64,000 nt of DNA from Candidatus Enterousia sp. (GTDB lineage Bacteria > Pseudomonadota > Alphaproteobacteria > Rs-D84). Where the stretch lies: positions 52,358 through 116,357 of the forward strand of contig JAZTWM010000001.1 of NCBI GenBank assembly GCA_045635825.1. The letters run 5' to 3'. Of the stretch, positions 36,345 to 47,903 are shown piece by piece. The position numbers and the translations under genes were made by a program. The stretch's first letter is position 1, and each line of letters starts with the position of its first letter. The notes beneath the pieces were generated by a model that made no database searches, was not told where the DNA came from, and saw nothing but the letters and a program-made list of their open reading frames with translations.

Positions 36345-38391
36345 CCAACGTCACCCCACGATCAAAAAAGAACATCAAATCACGCACCCAATCATCCATA
36401 TCATTATCACGTGCGGCATTACTGGCCAATTTGAATAAATCCCGATGTTCACGCCAATCAACAAAATAATATCGCATCCATCCGCTTTGTCGGGTTCCTA
36501 ATAATTCGCCAACCCCACGCATGACCAAGTCTTGTTCTGCAATAACAAATCCGTCTTCGGTTTCGCACAATACATCCAATCGCTTTAATCCCTCTTCGGT
36601 AACGTTATATCCAAACACCAGAACGCAATACGATTGCGTATTGCCACGTCCAACACGTCCACGCAGTTGGTGTAATGCAGCCAATCCAAATCTTTCTGCG
36701 TTTTCAATCACAATAATAGATGCCTGTGGAACATCAATTCCAACCTCAATCACAGTGGTTGCAACCAATATCGGCATTGCCGAAGCGGTATCGGCAAACT
36801 CTGCCATAACTGCATCACGCTGTTTCTTATCCATTTGCCCATGAACTAAACCGACATTTTCAAAATAATCCGCTAACATTTTATGTCTTTCTTCGGCGGC
36901 TGTGACCGGCAGACCGTCTTCACTTTCTTCTACCAATGGGCATACCCAAAATACCTTGGCGCCGGCATCAACTTGGGGTTTAATTCTTTCAACCAATTCC
37001 AATACACGTCCCATTGATAACTTGGTTGTTTTTATTGGCTTTCGTCCTGCAGGCTTTTCATTGATAATCGAAACATCCATGTCACCATACATTGTCATAG
37101 ACAGTGTGCGTGGAATCGGGGTCGCCGACAGTGCCAACAAATCAGGGTTGTTGCCTTTTTGACGTAACGCTTCACGTTGGGCGACACCAAATCTGTGTTG
37201 TTCATCAATTATAACCAATCCCAAATCTTTGTATTCAACATCTGTTGAAAACAATGCGTGTGTACCAATAACGATACGTGTCCGTCCAGATGCCAGCGAT
37301 ATCAGTTTTTCCCTGCGTCCAGCACCCTTGTCACGCCCCGTTAAAATGTCGCACATAATCCCAATTTCATCACACATTGGTTTCAGTTTGGCATAGTGTT
37401 GTTGTGCCAATGTATCTGTTGGTGCCAACAGGGCCGTTTGTGCACCTGTTTCTGCCATTTTAATTGCACTGGCCAATGCGACTGCGGTTTTGCCACTGCC
37501 AACATCCCCCTGGACCAGACGCATCATCGGCACACTTTTTTGCATATCTGCGAATATTTCATCGCATGTACGTTTTTGGGCCCCGGTCATTTCAAAGGGC
37601 AGGGTACGCCAAAACTTTTCCATCAGTTGATATTTCACCGGTCTTATACTGCGGCGATTTCTAATGTCTAATCTGTTCTTGCGACTGATTGCGATTGCAG
37701 ATTGATGTGCCAACAATTCACAATATGCCAACTTTGCCATATATGTTGCATTGGGTGCTAAATCTGCATCTGTTTTTGGATGGTGAACTATTTGCAAGGC
37801 TTCAAAAAACTCAACCACACGTGGATCTTGTTCGCCACGCAGTTTGTCAGGCAACACTGCAAATATTTGGTCACGCATATTTGCAAAAACTTTTTGTGTT
37901 AAACCTTCGCCGGCTGGATAAATTGCCTGGGCAGATGGAATCTTAGACGCATTTTGTATTTCTTCGATAAAGTCCGGATGGTTAATCGTTGGTTTGGACG
38001 TTTTTTCCAGTTTGCCTGAAATCATACGCCATGCACCAATTGGCATTTTGTTCAACCAATAATCCAAAAACTTTGCATTAAAGAATTGAATTACAACACT
38101 GTTGCCCATTTTGTCGTTACATAAAATCTGGGTTGGACTACGTCTGCCACGAAATGCACGACCGGTCTTGTGTGATTTTATTTGCAGCGGTATTGTTATT
38201 GTGTCACCCGGATTTGCATCCATAATATTTTCAGTTATACCGCGGGCCCGTACATATGACGGCCTGTGTCGCAGAAAGTCAATAACACGCCGTCCGCCCA
38301 ACACGTCTTCTAAACGTGTCGCCAATACAGGGCCGACCCCCTTGATAAATTGCAGGTCAGTATTCAAAAAATCAATCAGTTCACGTTTCAT
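36337..38391 (-). CDS. recG: ATP-dependent DNA helicase RecG
   Basis: Wedge domain; GDVGSGKT Walker A; DEQHRFG; 684 aa. Confidence 0.9.
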   Translation of the reverse strand: MKRELIDFLNTDLQFIKGVGPVLATRLEDVLGGRRVIDFLRHRPSYVRARGITENIMDANPGDTITIPLQIKSHKTGRAFRGRRSPTQILCNDKMGNSVVIQFFNAKFLDYWLNKMPIGAWRMISGKLEKTSKPTINHPDFIEEIQNASKIPSAQAIYPAGEGLTQKVFANMRDQIFAVLPDKLRGEQDPRVVEFFEALQIVHHPKTDADLAPNATYMAKLAYCELLAHQSAIAISRKNRLDIRNRRSIRPVKYQLMEKFWRTLPFEMTGAQKRTCDEIFADMQKSVPMMRLVQGDVGSGKTAVALASAIKMAETGAQTALLAPTDTLAQQHYAKLKPMCDEIGIMCDILTGRDKGAGRREKLISLASGRTRIVIGTHALFSTDVEYKDLGLVIIDEQHRFGVAQREALRQKGNNPDLLALSATPIPRTLSMTMYGDMDVSIINEKPAGRKPIKTTKLSMGRVLELVERIKPQVDAGAKVFWVCPLVEESEDGLPVTAAEERHKMLADYFENVGLVHGQMDKKQRDAVMAEFADTASAMPILVATTVIEVGIDVPQASIIVIENAERFGLAALHQLRGRVGRGNTQSYCVLVFGYNVTEEGLKRLDVLCETEDGFVIAEQDLVMRGVGELLGTRQSGWMRYYFVDWREHRDLFKLASNAARDNDMDDWVRDLMFFFDRGVTLGA

Positions 38392-38432
38392 ATATATAAA
38401 ATCTAATGAAAAATATGCAAATTATCAATAAT

Positions 38433-38455
38433 AAAAATCCCCCGTTTGGGGGATT
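38433..38455. terminator. terminator AAAAATCCCCCGTTTGGGGGATT downstream of groEL on the minus strand
   Basis: Same terminator family. Confidence 0.6.
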
Positions 38456-38463
38456 AGAACATT

Positions 38464-40083
38464 TTACATCATTCCCGGCATGCCGCCACCCATTTGTGGG
38501 GCGACTGGCTTGTCCTCTGGAATCTCGGTCATAACCGCACCTGTTGTCAGCATAACACCTGCGGTGCTGGCAGCGGCCTGAATAGCTGTCTTTACAACCT
38601 TGGCTGGGTCAATAATCCCGGCCGACATCATGTCCACATATTCGCCTGTCTGTGCGTTATATCCAAAGTTATAATCGCTGGCATCCATAACCTTGCCAAC
38701 AACGATTTCACCAGAAACACCAGCATTATCTGCAATCTGTGCACATGGTGCAATAATTGCACGGCGAACGATATCAACACCAACATTTTGGTCATTGTTC
38801 GCACCAACCACAGAATCTAATGCACGTGTTGCACGAACCAATGCGACACCACCACCTGCGACAATTCCTTCGGCAACGGCTGCACGTGTTGCGGCCAACG
38901 CATCATCAACACGATCTTTCTTTTCTTTTACTTCGACTTCGGTCATGCCACCAACTTTGATTACGGCGACGCCACCAACCAATTTAGCCAGTCTTTCTGC
39001 CATCTTCTCGCGGTCATATTCGCTGGTTGTGTTGGCCATAGATACACGAATTTCATCTGCACGTGCACTAATTGCGTCTTTGTTACCACCACCATGTGCA
39101 ATCAGGGTTGAATCCTTGGATACAACAACCTTTTTCGCATTCCCTAAGACGACTGGTGATATGTTATCAAATGTCATGCCCATATCGTCACTGATGACAG
39201 TTGCACCTGTGACAATTGCGATATCTTTCAGCATTTCTTTGCGTCTATCGCCAAATCCAGGTGCCTTGACCGCACAAACTTTTAAGCCACCACGCAAACG
39301 ATTTAATACCAATGTCGCCAATGCTTCGCTTTCAACATCTTCGGCAATAATCAATAATGGTTTACCAGATTGTGCGATTGGTTCCAAGATTGGCAATAAT
39401 GCCTGCAAGCCTGTAATTTTCTTTTCAGAAACCAAGATTTGTGCCCCATCTAATTCCGCCAACATTTTCTCGCTGTTGGTGACAAAGTATGGTGACATAA
39501 AACCTTGGTCAAATTGCATGCCTTCTACAACATCAATTTCTGTATCCAGTCCCTTTGCTTCTTCAACTGTGATAACACCTTCTTTGCCGACACGTTCCAT
39601 TGCGTTTGCAATTTTTTCACCAATGTCTGCATCATTATTTGCAGAAATGGTCGCAACCTGTGCAATTTCTGCACTATCCTTGACTGGGCGTGCATGGGCA
39701 TCAATGTCCGCAACGACTGCACTGACAGCCATGTCAATACCACGTTTTACGTCCATTGGGTTCATGCCCGCAGCAATAACACGACGACCTTCACGTATCA
39801 GTTTTTGTGCCAATACTGTCGCAGTGGTTGTGCCGTCACCTGCATCGTCACCCGCTTTTTTTGCAACTTCTTGCACCATGCGTGCACCGATGTTTTCCTG
39901 TGGGTCTTTCAAGGATACCGCTTTGGCAACGGTTACACCGTCTTTTGTTGCAACTGGTGCGCCATATGACTTTTCAATAACAACTGTGCGTCCCTTTGGA
40001 CCCATTGTGATTTTAACCGCATTGGCCAGTTTATCAACACCTGCCGCCAATTTATCTGTATCAAAAATAATATCTTTTGCCAT
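38464..40083 (-). CDS. groL: chaperonin GroEL
   Basis: [10 protein letters not shown]..; [11 protein letters not shown]; C-terminal GGM tail (MGGGMPGMM). Start trimmed to MAKDI. Confidence 0.9.
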   Translation of the reverse strand: MAKDIIFDTDKLAAGVDKLANAVKITMGPKGRTVVIEKSYGAPVATKDGVTVAKAVSLKDPQENIGARMVQEVAKKAGDDAGDGTTTATVLAQKLIREGRRVIAAGMNPMDVKRGIDMAVSAVVADIDAHARPVKDSAEIAQVATISANNDADIGEKIANAMERVGKEGVITVEEAKGLDTEIDVVEGMQFDQGFMSPYFVTNSEKMLAELDGAQILVSEKKITGLQALLPILEPIAQSGKPLLIIAEDVESEALATLVLNRLRGGLKVCAVKAPGFGDRRKEMLKDIAIVTGATVISDDMGMTFDNISPVVLGNAKKVVVSKDSTLIAHGGGNKDAISARADEIRVSMANTTSEYDREKMAERLAKLVGGVAVIKVGGMTEVEVKEKKDRVDDALAATRAAVAEGIVAGGGVALVRATRALDSVVGANNDQNVGVDIVRRAIIAPCAQIADNAGVSGEIVVGKVMDASDYNFGYNAQTGEYVDMMSAGIIDPAKVVKTAIQAAASTAGVMLTTGAVMTEIPEDKPVAPQMGGGMPGMM

Positions 40084-40093
40084 TTTTATATCC

Positions 40094-40381
40094 TTATTCA
40101 ATAATGCCCAAGATGTCAGTTTCTTTGATTAATACATAATCTTTGCCTTGCAACTTAACTTCGTTAACAGACGAAGCCCATTTTGCAAACAAAACAACGT
40201 CACCCGCTTTGACGGTCATAGGAATCTTTTCATCACCTGCGTATGCCCCATCGCCCACCGCAATAACACGACCCTGGGATGGTTTTTCACGTGCGTTATC
40301 TGGGATAATGATACCGCCTGCGGTTTTAATTTCTTCTTCTATTCTCTCTAATAAAACATAATTATACAATGGTTTGAACAT
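40094..40381 (-). CDS. groS: co-chaperonin GroES
   Basis: 95 aa; [24 protein letters not shown]. Confidence 0.9.
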   Translation of the reverse strand: MFKPLYNYVLLERIEEEIKTAGGIIIPDNAREKPSQGRVIAVGDGAYAGDEKIPMTVKAGDVVLFAKWASSVNEVKLQGKDYVLIKETDILGIIE

Positions 40382-40485
40382 AAATAATACTCCTTTGTAA
40401 ACCCTGTATGGCTAATATAATTCAAAAAAGATTGCTTTCAAGCCCATATTTTAATATGCTGTTTGCGAAACACAAGGGGAATAAA

Positions 40486-40866
40486 ATGAAATATGATGAA
40501 AATAATGTCTTTGCAAAAATTATTCGTGGTGAAATCCCATCAAACAAGATTTGTGAAAACGAACACGCAATGTCGTTCTATGATGTAAATCCAATGTTTT
40601 CAACCCATGTGCTGGTAATTCCCAAGGGGCCATTTCAAAACATTCTAGATTTTGCAAAAAATGCCACCGCTGACCAGCAGTCTGCCTTTTGGTCATGTTT
40701 TACAGAAACCGCAGATAAATTAGGCTTAGAATGCGAATTTAATTGTCTGGCCAACGCTGGTGCGAATGCACCATTTGTTGCCCAGTCTGTATTTCATTTT
40801 CATATGCATCTGGTTGCAGGTGAACGTACACCAGCGTTCCAAGAAATGATAGTAGGGTTAAAATAA
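40486..40866 (+). CDS. HIT family hydrolase
   Basis: HFHMHLV histidine triad; start trimmed to MKYDENNVFAKII (RBS AAGGGGA). Confidence 0.75.
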   Translation: MKYDENNVFAKIIRGEIPSNKICENEHAMSFYDVNPMFSTHVLVIPKGPFQNILDFAKNATADQQSAFWSCFTETADKLGLECEFNCLANAGANAPFVAQSVFHFHMHLVAGERTPAFQEMIVGLK

Positions 40867-41081
40867 TGCGAATAAATGTTCGTGTCATACCACGTGCCAA
40901 ACTTAATCGGGTTGAAGTTCAACCCGATGGCATTGTGCGTGTTCACACAACAACTGCCCCCACCGATGGCAAGGCCACAGCAGACGTAATAAAAATGCTG
41001 GCAGAACATTATAATGTCCCAAAAACCAGCATTAAATTAGTACGTGGTACCACATCACGTGACAAAGTTTTTGAACTTTAA
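40866..41081 (+). CDS. DUF167/YggU family protein
   Basis: 71 aa; INVRVIPRAK..V..L..Y.VP...I.LV.G..SR.K.F pattern; TAATG overlap with the HIT gene. Confidence 0.55.
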   Translation: MRINVRVIPRAKLNRVEVQPDGIVRVHTTTAPTDGKATADVIKMLAEHYNVPKTSIKLVRGTTSRDKVFEL

Positions 41082-41629
41082 TAATTCATGATTTGCTTTT
41101 TTAGTTCCGCAACCGTATCCGCACCAAATATGTTATAAGAATCAGTCTTAACAATAAACCCATTTTTCTGCATATGTTTCATCAGGCGAACCAGTGGATT
41201 CCAAAATCCGTCTGTATTCAAAAAGAACAACGGTTTTGTTGTTTCGCCAATCTGCTGCATTGTCATAATATCTGTCAGTTCATTCAGTGTCCCAACACCC
41301 CCCGGCAGAATAATAAAAGCATCTGCAGAATCAAACATAATCTGTTTGCGTTCATTAACGCCATCAACAACCTGTAATTCAATTTCTGGATGGGCAGGTT
41401 CTTGCATTGCTATAACATCGTCGGTTGAAACACCGATTACTTCGCCACCATTTTTCAAGCACGCAGTTGCGACTGTTCCCATCAGTCCAACATCACCACC
41501 ACCAAATACCATGCGGATACCATTTTTTGCCAATAATTTCCCAACAGCGACCGCATCACGCTTAAATTGTGGGTTAATTCCAAATTGATGTCCGCAATAT
41601 ACGGCAATTGATTTCAGTCTGCATGTCAT
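41078..41629 (-). CDS. LOG family protein (cytokinin riboside 5'-monophosphate phosphoribohydrolase-like, TIGR00730)
   Basis: VFGGGDVGLMG..PGGVGTLNEL signature. Confidence 0.8.
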   Translation of the reverse strand: MTCRLKSIAVYCGHQFGINPQFKRDAVAVGKLLAKNGIRMVFGGGDVGLMGTVATACLKNGGEVIGVSTDDVIAMQEPAHPEIELQVVDGVNERKQIMFDSADAFIILPGGVGTLNELTDIMTMQQIGETTKPLFFLNTDGFWNPLVRLMKHMQKNGFIVKTDSYNIFGADTVAELKKQIMNY

Positions 41630-41677
41630 TTTCTTTTTCCTTTATTTTTACAAATTATAGCATAAAATACCCTGACA

Positions 41678-42676
41678 ATGAACGAAAAGTTTTTAGATTT
41701 TATTGCTAACTATAAAAACACGCCGGTGGCTATTGCTCTCAGCGGTGGTGTTGATTCGGTGTGCCTGTTGCATTGGTTGGTTAATGTTGGGGTAAATGTT
41801 ACTGCCTTGCATGTAAATCATCATTTACGTAAATCCGCGGACACAGATGCCGAATATGTTGGCAAACTATGTGACGAACTGGGGGTGCCATATCAAATCT
41901 TTGATTGGACTGGTGATAAACCAACCACTGGGTTAGAGGCGGCGGCCCGAACCGCCCGTTATAAATTGATGACAGATTGGTGTCACGAGAACGGTATTGA
42001 TACCTTGATGGTCGCACACCAGGCAGACGATCAAATCGAAACATTTTTAATGAATCTATCACGTGGCAGTGGGGTTTCCGGCCTGTCTGCAATGCGTGAT
42101 GTATCATATCGTGATGGCATTCAAATTGTGCGTCCACTATTGGGGGTCTTTCGTCGTGAATTGATTGCGTATTGTGACGAACAAAAAATCCATTATTTAA
42201 CAGATGAAATGAACTTTGACGATAAATACACACGTGTTAAAATTCGTCAAAATCGTCACCTGTTGGCTGATAAATTAGGAATCAGTGATGCACGTATCTT
42301 GTTGGCAATTGAAAATCTGTCCCGCACACGTTCTGCGTTGGATTTAGATGTGGATGCACGTGTACGCAGTGTTATGTATGATGACTATGCATTATTTTCA
42401 GATTCTTTTCTATTTGACCTACCGCCTGACATTGGTCTAAAGTTTTTGGGAATGTTAATACAACGCATTGGGGGGGATGATTATCAGCCACGCTTGAATT
42501 CGCTAACTTTTGCACTAAGTAAGTTGCACAACGAATGCAAAATTACTTTGGGACATTGTACGATTCGGCGTCATGGCAACACCATTTTAATTGTTCCCGA
42601 AGGTGCAAAAACAAGTATCAGGAAGAAAAATGAAAAAATTAAAAGACTTCAAAAACAACATGAAACAAAAAAATAA
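41678..42676 (+). CDS. tilS: tRNA(Ile)-lysidine synthetase
   Basis: IALSGGVDSVCLLHWL is a PP-loop (SGGxDS). Confidence 0.85.
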   Translation: MNEKFLDFIANYKNTPVAIALSGGVDSVCLLHWLVNVGVNVTALHVNHHLRKSADTDAEYVGKLCDELGVPYQIFDWTGDKPTTGLEAAARTARYKLMTDWCHENGIDTLMVAHQADDQIETFLMNLSRGSGVSGLSAMRDVSYRDGIQIVRPLLGVFRRELIAYCDEQKIHYLTDEMNFDDKYTRVKIRQNRHLLADKLGISDARILLAIENLSRTRSALDLDVDARVRSVMYDDYALFSDSFLFDLPPDIGLKFLGMLIQRIGGDDYQPRLNSLTFALSKLHNECKITLGHCTIRRHGNTILIVPEGAKTSIRKKNEKIKRLQKQHETKK

Positions 42677-44558
42677 TTCTGGTAAGAAGCGTGATAACGC
42701 ATCATGGTTTTTAATTCTGTTTGTCGTAATATTGGCGGCTTTGGCGGGTCGTGCATTTCATATGGGTGGCACAGGGATTGTGACTGGAACAGCCCCTGTG
42801 GTTAGCAAGCCTGTGCAGTTATCTTTTAGTGATGTTTTGCGTCGTGGCGATGAAATCAAGACCATGCGTGTAAACGGTTCTGACGCAACGGGTACATTGG
42901 TGGATGGCACACCATATACTGCAACCATCACATACGACCCAGAAATGTTGGCTAAACTGGCTGACAATGGTACGGCTATAACTATTGACACATCACGTGG
43001 ATGGTTTGAAAGGATTGCAACCTATGCCCCATTGGTCTTGACATTGTTATTTATATTCTGGATTGTGCGTGGCTTTAGACGTGGTGGTGCGGCTGGTGGA
43101 ATTACACGTGGTCTGGTTGGTCAAAACTCTACCAAGTTAATTACGGGCAAGCCCAAGACCACATTTGCAGATGTCGCTGGTATTGATTCTGAAAAGCAAG
43201 AATTAAGCGAAATCGTAGATTTTCTTAAAAATAAAGACAAATACAAAAACCTGGGGGCACGTGTACCACGTGGCGTATTGCTGTCTGGTCTGCCAGGAAC
43301 TGGTAAAACATTATTGGCACGTGCCATCGCCGGCGAAGCCAATGTTCCATTCTTTGCAGCATCTGGTTCGGATTTTTCTGGGATTATCGTTGGACTTGGT
43401 GTTGCCAAGATAAAAGAGATATTTGAAGTGGCACGCCGAAACGGCCCATGTATCTTGATTATTGATGAAATTGATGCTATTGGGCAAAAGCGTTCTGCCC
43501 ACTCATTCAACGACCAAGATCGTGAACAGACCCTAAATCAGTTGCTGATTGAAATGGACGGTTTTGCGAATGAATCTGGCATTATTGTAATTGGTGCAAC
43601 AAATCGTGCCGATATGCTGGATCAGGCATTGTTGCGTCCTGGTCGTTTTGACCGTCAGGTTTATATTGAATTACCTGATATGGCGGGCCGTCGTGAAATC
43701 CTGGATTTGTATGCCAAGCGTGTCAAGGTTGATGACAGTGTAAACCTGCAAGATATTGCACGTGGTACGACCGGATTTTCGGGTGCAGATTTGGCGAACC
43801 TATTGAACGAAGCCGCCTTGCACGCTGTTCGTAATGGTCGTGAAAAAATTGCCCCCGAAGATATAGAAGAAGCACGTGATAAAATTATCATGGGCCCACG
43901 CAAGGTTCGCAAAATGCGTCCCGAAGACAAGAAGTTAACCGCATATCACGAAGCGGGTCATGCCTTTGTCAGCATGATGTACGAAGATGTTGCCGATCCT
44001 GTGCACAAGGCAACAATTATCCCACGTGGTCGTGCCTTGGGTATGGTTCAGCACCTGCCAATTGATGACAAAGTATCAATGACATTGGCCGAAGTGCGTG
44101 CAAATCTGTCAATCGCATTGGCGGGTCGTTGTGCCGAAGAAATCTTCTTTGGTGCGGATAAGATTACAACCGGTGCCGAAAGTGATATCGCCATGTCAAC
44201 ACGTTTGGCACGCTATTCGATTACAACTGCCGGTTTGTCGCCAAAAATTGGTATGGTTGCCATAAATCAGGTCAGTACTTTGAACTCTCGCACTGCACTG
44301 GAAAATGCGTCTGACAAGACAGCCGAGATTGTAGATGCGGAAATCCGTACCTGGATAGACAATGCTCATCGTGATGCGACACGTCTTTTGACCAAAAATA
44401 AGAAAACCGTTGAAAAATTAGCAACTGAATTGCTGAATCGTGAAACACTGACAGGTGAAGAAATACGTGAAATTGTATTTGGCAAACAGAAGACCGCTAA
44501 ATCATCAACCAAGAAACCAGCAACACGTAAAAATGCAACAAAAACTAAAAAACAGTAA
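42630..44558 (+). CDS. ftsH: ATP-dependent zinc metalloprotease FtsH
   Basis: GLPGTGKTLLARAIAGEA Walker A; SRH; HEAGHA zinc site. Start chosen at the RBS-preceded ATG at 42630; overlaps the tilS 3' end. Confidence 0.9.
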   Translation: MKKLKDFKNNMKQKNNSGKKRDNASWFLILFVVILAALAGRAFHMGGTGIVTGTAPVVSKPVQLSFSDVLRRGDEIKTMRVNGSDATGTLVDGTPYTATITYDPEMLAKLADNGTAITIDTSRGWFERIATYAPLVLTLLFIFWIVRGFRRGGAAGGITRGLVGQNSTKLITGKPKTTFADVAGIDSEKQELSEIVDFLKNKDKYKNLGARVPRGVLLSGLPGTGKTLLARAIAGEANVPFFAASGSDFSGIIVGLGVAKIKEIFEVARRNGPCILIIDEIDAIGQKRSAHSFNDQDREQTLNQLLIEMDGFANESGIIVIGATNRADMLDQALLRPGRFDRQVYIELPDMAGRREILDLYAKRVKVDDSVNLQDIARGTTGFSGADLANLLNEAALHAVRNGREKIAPEDIEEARDKIIMGPRKVRKMRPEDKKLTAYHEAGHAFVSMMYEDVADPVHKATIIPRGRALGMVQHLPIDDKVSMTLAEVRANLSIALAGRCAEEIFFGADKITTGAESDIAMSTRLARYSITTAGLSPKIGMVAINQVSTLNSRTALENASDKTAEIVDAEIRTWIDNAHRDATRLLTKNKKTVEKLATELLNRETLTGEEIREIVFGKQKTAKSSTKKPATRKNATKTKKQ

Positions 44559-44574
44559 GTTTGAATTATTGCAA

Positions 44575-45183
44575 ATGCCACCCGCCAATACGCAATCTGT
44601 ATTGGTGACGGTTGGTGACCAATGTGTAATTTTTGACCCATGGGGACGGGCAGGGGACTGGTCACGTATTTTGGATGAACGCGGGTTGAAACTGCGTGCA
44701 ATATATGCGACACATGGTCATCCTGATCATATTGCATGTGCCCCGGCCTTGGCAAAACAATACGGTGTCCCTTGGTATTTGCACAGTGGTGATTTCCGTC
44801 TGGTTGGTTGGGGCAATGATTTGCTGACATACTTTGATTTGCCACCGATTGATATTAATGACACACGCCCAACAATGTTGGATGTTTCACCCATTGAAAT
44901 ACTGCCAGGATTACGCATGGATATTTACGAAACCCCGGGTCACACACCTGGTGGTGTTGCGTACCATTTCCCAGATGAACGTGTTTTATTGATTGGTGAC
45001 ACCTTGTTCCAAGACAGTATCGGTCGTTATGACCTGCCAGGTGGTGATAAGAAAATGCTGTTTCAGTCTATTTCAAACCTGTATAAACTGAATATTGCAC
45101 CTGATACTGATGTTGTACATGGTCATGGTATGGCAACAACGATTGAATGGCTGAAACAAAATAATCCATTTTTTCAGTCCTAA
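44575..45183 (+). CDS. MBL-fold metallo-hydrolase (glyoxalase II-like)
   Basis: ATHGHPDHIA is the HxHxDH motif; start trimmed downstream of the ftsH stop. Confidence 0.65.
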   Translation: MPPANTQSVLVTVGDQCVIFDPWGRAGDWSRILDERGLKLRAIYATHGHPDHIACAPALAKQYGVPWYLHSGDFRLVGWGNDLLTYFDLPPIDINDTRPTMLDVSPIEILPGLRMDIYETPGHTPGGVAYHFPDERVLLIGDTLFQDSIGRYDLPGGDKKMLFQSISNLYKLNIAPDTDVVHGHGMATTIEWLKQNNPFFQS

Positions 45184-45347
45184 TAATTTTCCCACATACA
45201 ATCGTTTTAATAACTTGAAAATAGTTAAATATGCTTTATAATTCATCTGGCGAAGATGAAATTGTTCTTTTGTGTGTTTATCACAGAATGCACAAATGAA
45301 TAATTTTTCTTCGCAGAATCAAAATACTATAAAAATGGAGAAAACAA

Positions 45348-47516
45348 ATGGTATTTGGCTTATTTAAGAAAGAAGAAGCGGCAAAATTAAACAATCCAAT
45401 TGCGGTTGAAATCCCATACGGTGATGCGACATTGCGTTTGGAAACTGGTCGTATGGCAAAACAGGCAAATGGTTCTGTTTTGGCAACATTGGGTGAAACA
45501 ATGGTTTTGGCAACTGTGTGTGCAGAAAAATCTGCTGTCGAAGGTCAGGATTTCTTTCCTTTGACTGTTGATTACCAAGAAAAGTTTGCATCCGCAGGTC
45601 GTATCCCTGGTTCACGTGACAGACGTGAAGGCAAGGCATCAACCGCAGAAACATTGACTGCACGTTTGATTGACCGTCCAATCCGTCCTTTGTTCCCAGA
45701 AACATTCAAGAACAAGGTTCAAATTATTGCCCAGGTGTTCTCTTATGATAAAAAGAACCAGCCTGACATTTTGGCAATGATTGCATCCAGTGCGGCATTG
45801 GCATTGTCTGGTGTTCCATTCCAGGGTCCAATTGGTGCGGCACGTGTTGGCTATGTTGATGGTCAGTATGTATTGAACCCATCCAAGAAAGATGCAGAAA
45901 ATGGCGAAATGGATTTGGTCGTTGCTGCAACCAAAGATGGCGTTTTGATGGTTGAATCTGAAATTGGCGAACTGGATGAAAAGACAGTTTTGGGTGCGGT
46001 TAAATTCGGTTTTGATGCCCAGCAATCTGTTATTGCTGCAATCAACGAATTGGCAGAAAAGGCTGGCAAAGAACGTTGGGAAACACCTGAAAAGACCCCA
46101 GAACAGCTGACAATGGAAGCAGATTTTGAACAGTTTGCACCTGCAATCGAAGCAGCCCTGCAAATCAAAGAAAAATTGGTTCGTTTGGAAACACTGGCAT
46201 CCATCCATGCCGAAGCCAAGGCACGTATCCCAGAATTGTTCCCAGAATCAGAACGTGCCACATCTACATTAGAATCATGGGCAGACGAAGTTGTTGAAAA
46301 CCTGACAGCACGTATTATGCGTGGCAATATCTTGGCTGGCAAACCACGTATTGACGGTCGTGATAACAAGACTGTTCGTCCAATTGAAATTGAATTGGGT
46401 GTAATGCCACGTGCACATGGTTCTGCATTGTTCACACGTGGTGAAACACAGGCATTGGTATCCTTGACATTGGGTGGTGGCAAAGACGCTTTGCCAATCG
46501 AATCCTTGGACGGTGCCGAAGAACGTGACTTTATTTTGAACTATAATTTCCCAGGTTATTCTGTTGGTGAATGCAAAGGCTTGAAATCTCCAGGTCGTCG
46601 TGAAATTGGGCATGGTAATTTGGCATGGCGTGCGGTTCATCCAATGGTACCAACCCGCAGTGAGTTTGACTATGTAATCCGTATAGTTTCCGACATCTTG
46701 GAATCAAACGGTTCATCTTCTATGGCGACAACATGCGGTGCAACATTGGCAATGATGGACGGTGGTGTTCCAATGAAACGTCCGGTTGCAGGTATTGCAA
46801 TGGGCTTGATTAAAGAAGGTGATGATTACGCAATCTTGACTGACATTTTGGGTGACGAAGATCACTTGGGCGATATGGACTTCAAGGTAACAGGTACAGA
46901 CCAGGGTGTAACAGCGTTGCAGATGGATATTAAAATCACGTCTATTACCTTTGAAATCATGGAACGTGCCTTGGCACAGGCAAAAGATGGCCGTATGCAC
47001 ATCTTGGGCAAGATTGAAAAGGCAATCAAAAAGCCACGTGAAAAAGTATCAGAATATGCACCTCAGGCATATATGATGAAAATCAACCCAGACAAGGTTC
47101 GTGAAGTAATCGGCAAAGGCGGTTCTGTGATTCAGGCGTTGGTTCGTGAAACAAACACGATTATTGACTTGGAAGATGACGGTACTGTTAAAATCATGGC
47201 GACAACCAAAGAAGATGCAGACGAAGCAATTCGTCGTATCAAAGACATTGTTGCCGAACCAGAAGTTGGCCAGATTTACAAAGGCACAGTATCTGGTATG
47301 AAAGATTTTGGTCTGTTCGTCAAAATCATGAACGGATTCGAAGCAATGGTTCATATTTCTGAAATCACAGGTGAACGTATTGCAAAAATCGAAGATACCA
47401 AGATTAAAGAAGGCGACACAGTATACGTCCGTTATCTGGGTGCCGACAAACGTGGCAAGACACGTATGTCAATGGTTGGTATCGACCAGAAAACAGGTGA
47501 AGAAATCCAGAAATAA
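45348..47516 (+). CDS. pnp: polyribonucleotide nucleotidyltransferase (PNPase)
   Basis: 722 aa; two RNase PH-like domains, a KH domain (VIGKGGSVIQAL) and a C-terminal S1 domain. Confidence 0.9.
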   Translation: MVFGLFKKEEAAKLNNPIAVEIPYGDATLRLETGRMAKQANGSVLATLGETMVLATVCAEKSAVEGQDFFPLTVDYQEKFASAGRIPGSRDRREGKASTAETLTARLIDRPIRPLFPETFKNKVQIIAQVFSYDKKNQPDILAMIASSAALALSGVPFQGPIGAARVGYVDGQYVLNPSKKDAENGEMDLVVAATKDGVLMVESEIGELDEKTVLGAVKFGFDAQQSVIAAINELAEKAGKERWETPEKTPEQLTMEADFEQFAPAIEAALQIKEKLVRLETLASIHAEAKARIPELFPESERATSTLESWADEVVENLTARIMRGNILAGKPRIDGRDNKTVRPIEIELGVMPRAHGSALFTRGETQALVSLTLGGGKDALPIESLDGAEERDFILNYNFPGYSVGECKGLKSPGRREIGHGNLAWRAVHPMVPTRSEFDYVIRIVSDILESNGSSSMATTCGATLAMMDGGVPMKRPVAGIAMGLIKEGDDYAILTDILGDEDHLGDMDFKVTGTDQGVTALQMDIKITSITFEIMERALAQAKDGRMHILGKIEKAIKKPREKVSEYAPQAYMMKINPDKVREVIGKGGSVIQALVRETNTIIDLEDDGTVKIMATTKEDADEAIRRIKDIVAEPEVGQIYKGTVSGMKDFGLFVKIMNGFEAMVHISEITGERIAKIEDTKIKEGDTVYVRYLGADKRGKTRMSMVGIDQKTGEEIQK

Positions 47517-47525
47517 GGTTGATTT

Positions 47526-47888
47526 ATGAAACCTGAACAACTGAAATGGACTGATAAAGAATGGGCAGCATACCTGGGGTGTGCTGTCCATGATATTCCA
47601 AAGTTCAAACGATATTTAGAAGAAAACTATGTGTTGGGCATATGGCAGGACGAAAAGACCAATCTTAAATATGCCGAATTGCAACGTCGTCACGATGCAC
47701 CATCTGGTGCTGTGCGTTATATAACGGTTACAATGTCTATTGGTTTTGATTTGCCACTGGACAAGATGGTTGAATTCACAAACAATGAATTTGTTCCGTC
47801 TTTGCGTATTCGCCCTGTGGCGGCCGCGTGTTACGGTGTACCGCAAAAAGTTTTGCAAATGTTGCATATAAACACAAAACAAAAATAG
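47526..47888 (+). CDS. hypothetical protein
   Basis: 120-aa ORF 10 nt downstream of pnp; no recognised motif. Confidence 0.35.
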   Translation: MKPEQLKWTDKEWAAYLGCAVHDIPKFKRYLEENYVLGIWQDEKTNLKYAELQRRHDAPSGAVRYITVTMSIGFDLPLDKMVEFTNNEFVPSLRIRPVAAACYGVPQKVLQMLHINTKQK

Positions 47889-47903
47889 AGTAGGGGGTAT
47901 AAA

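Noticed and set aside
38693-40132. 479-aa plus-strand ORF across groEL
   Set aside because: Antisense to a confidently identified groEL; translation is Ala/Ser/Thr-rich low complexity, typical of a shadow ORF.
45639-46483. Minus-strand ORFs of 189-206 aa inside pnp
   Set aside because: Antisense to PNPase; Cys/Phe-rich nonsense composition.
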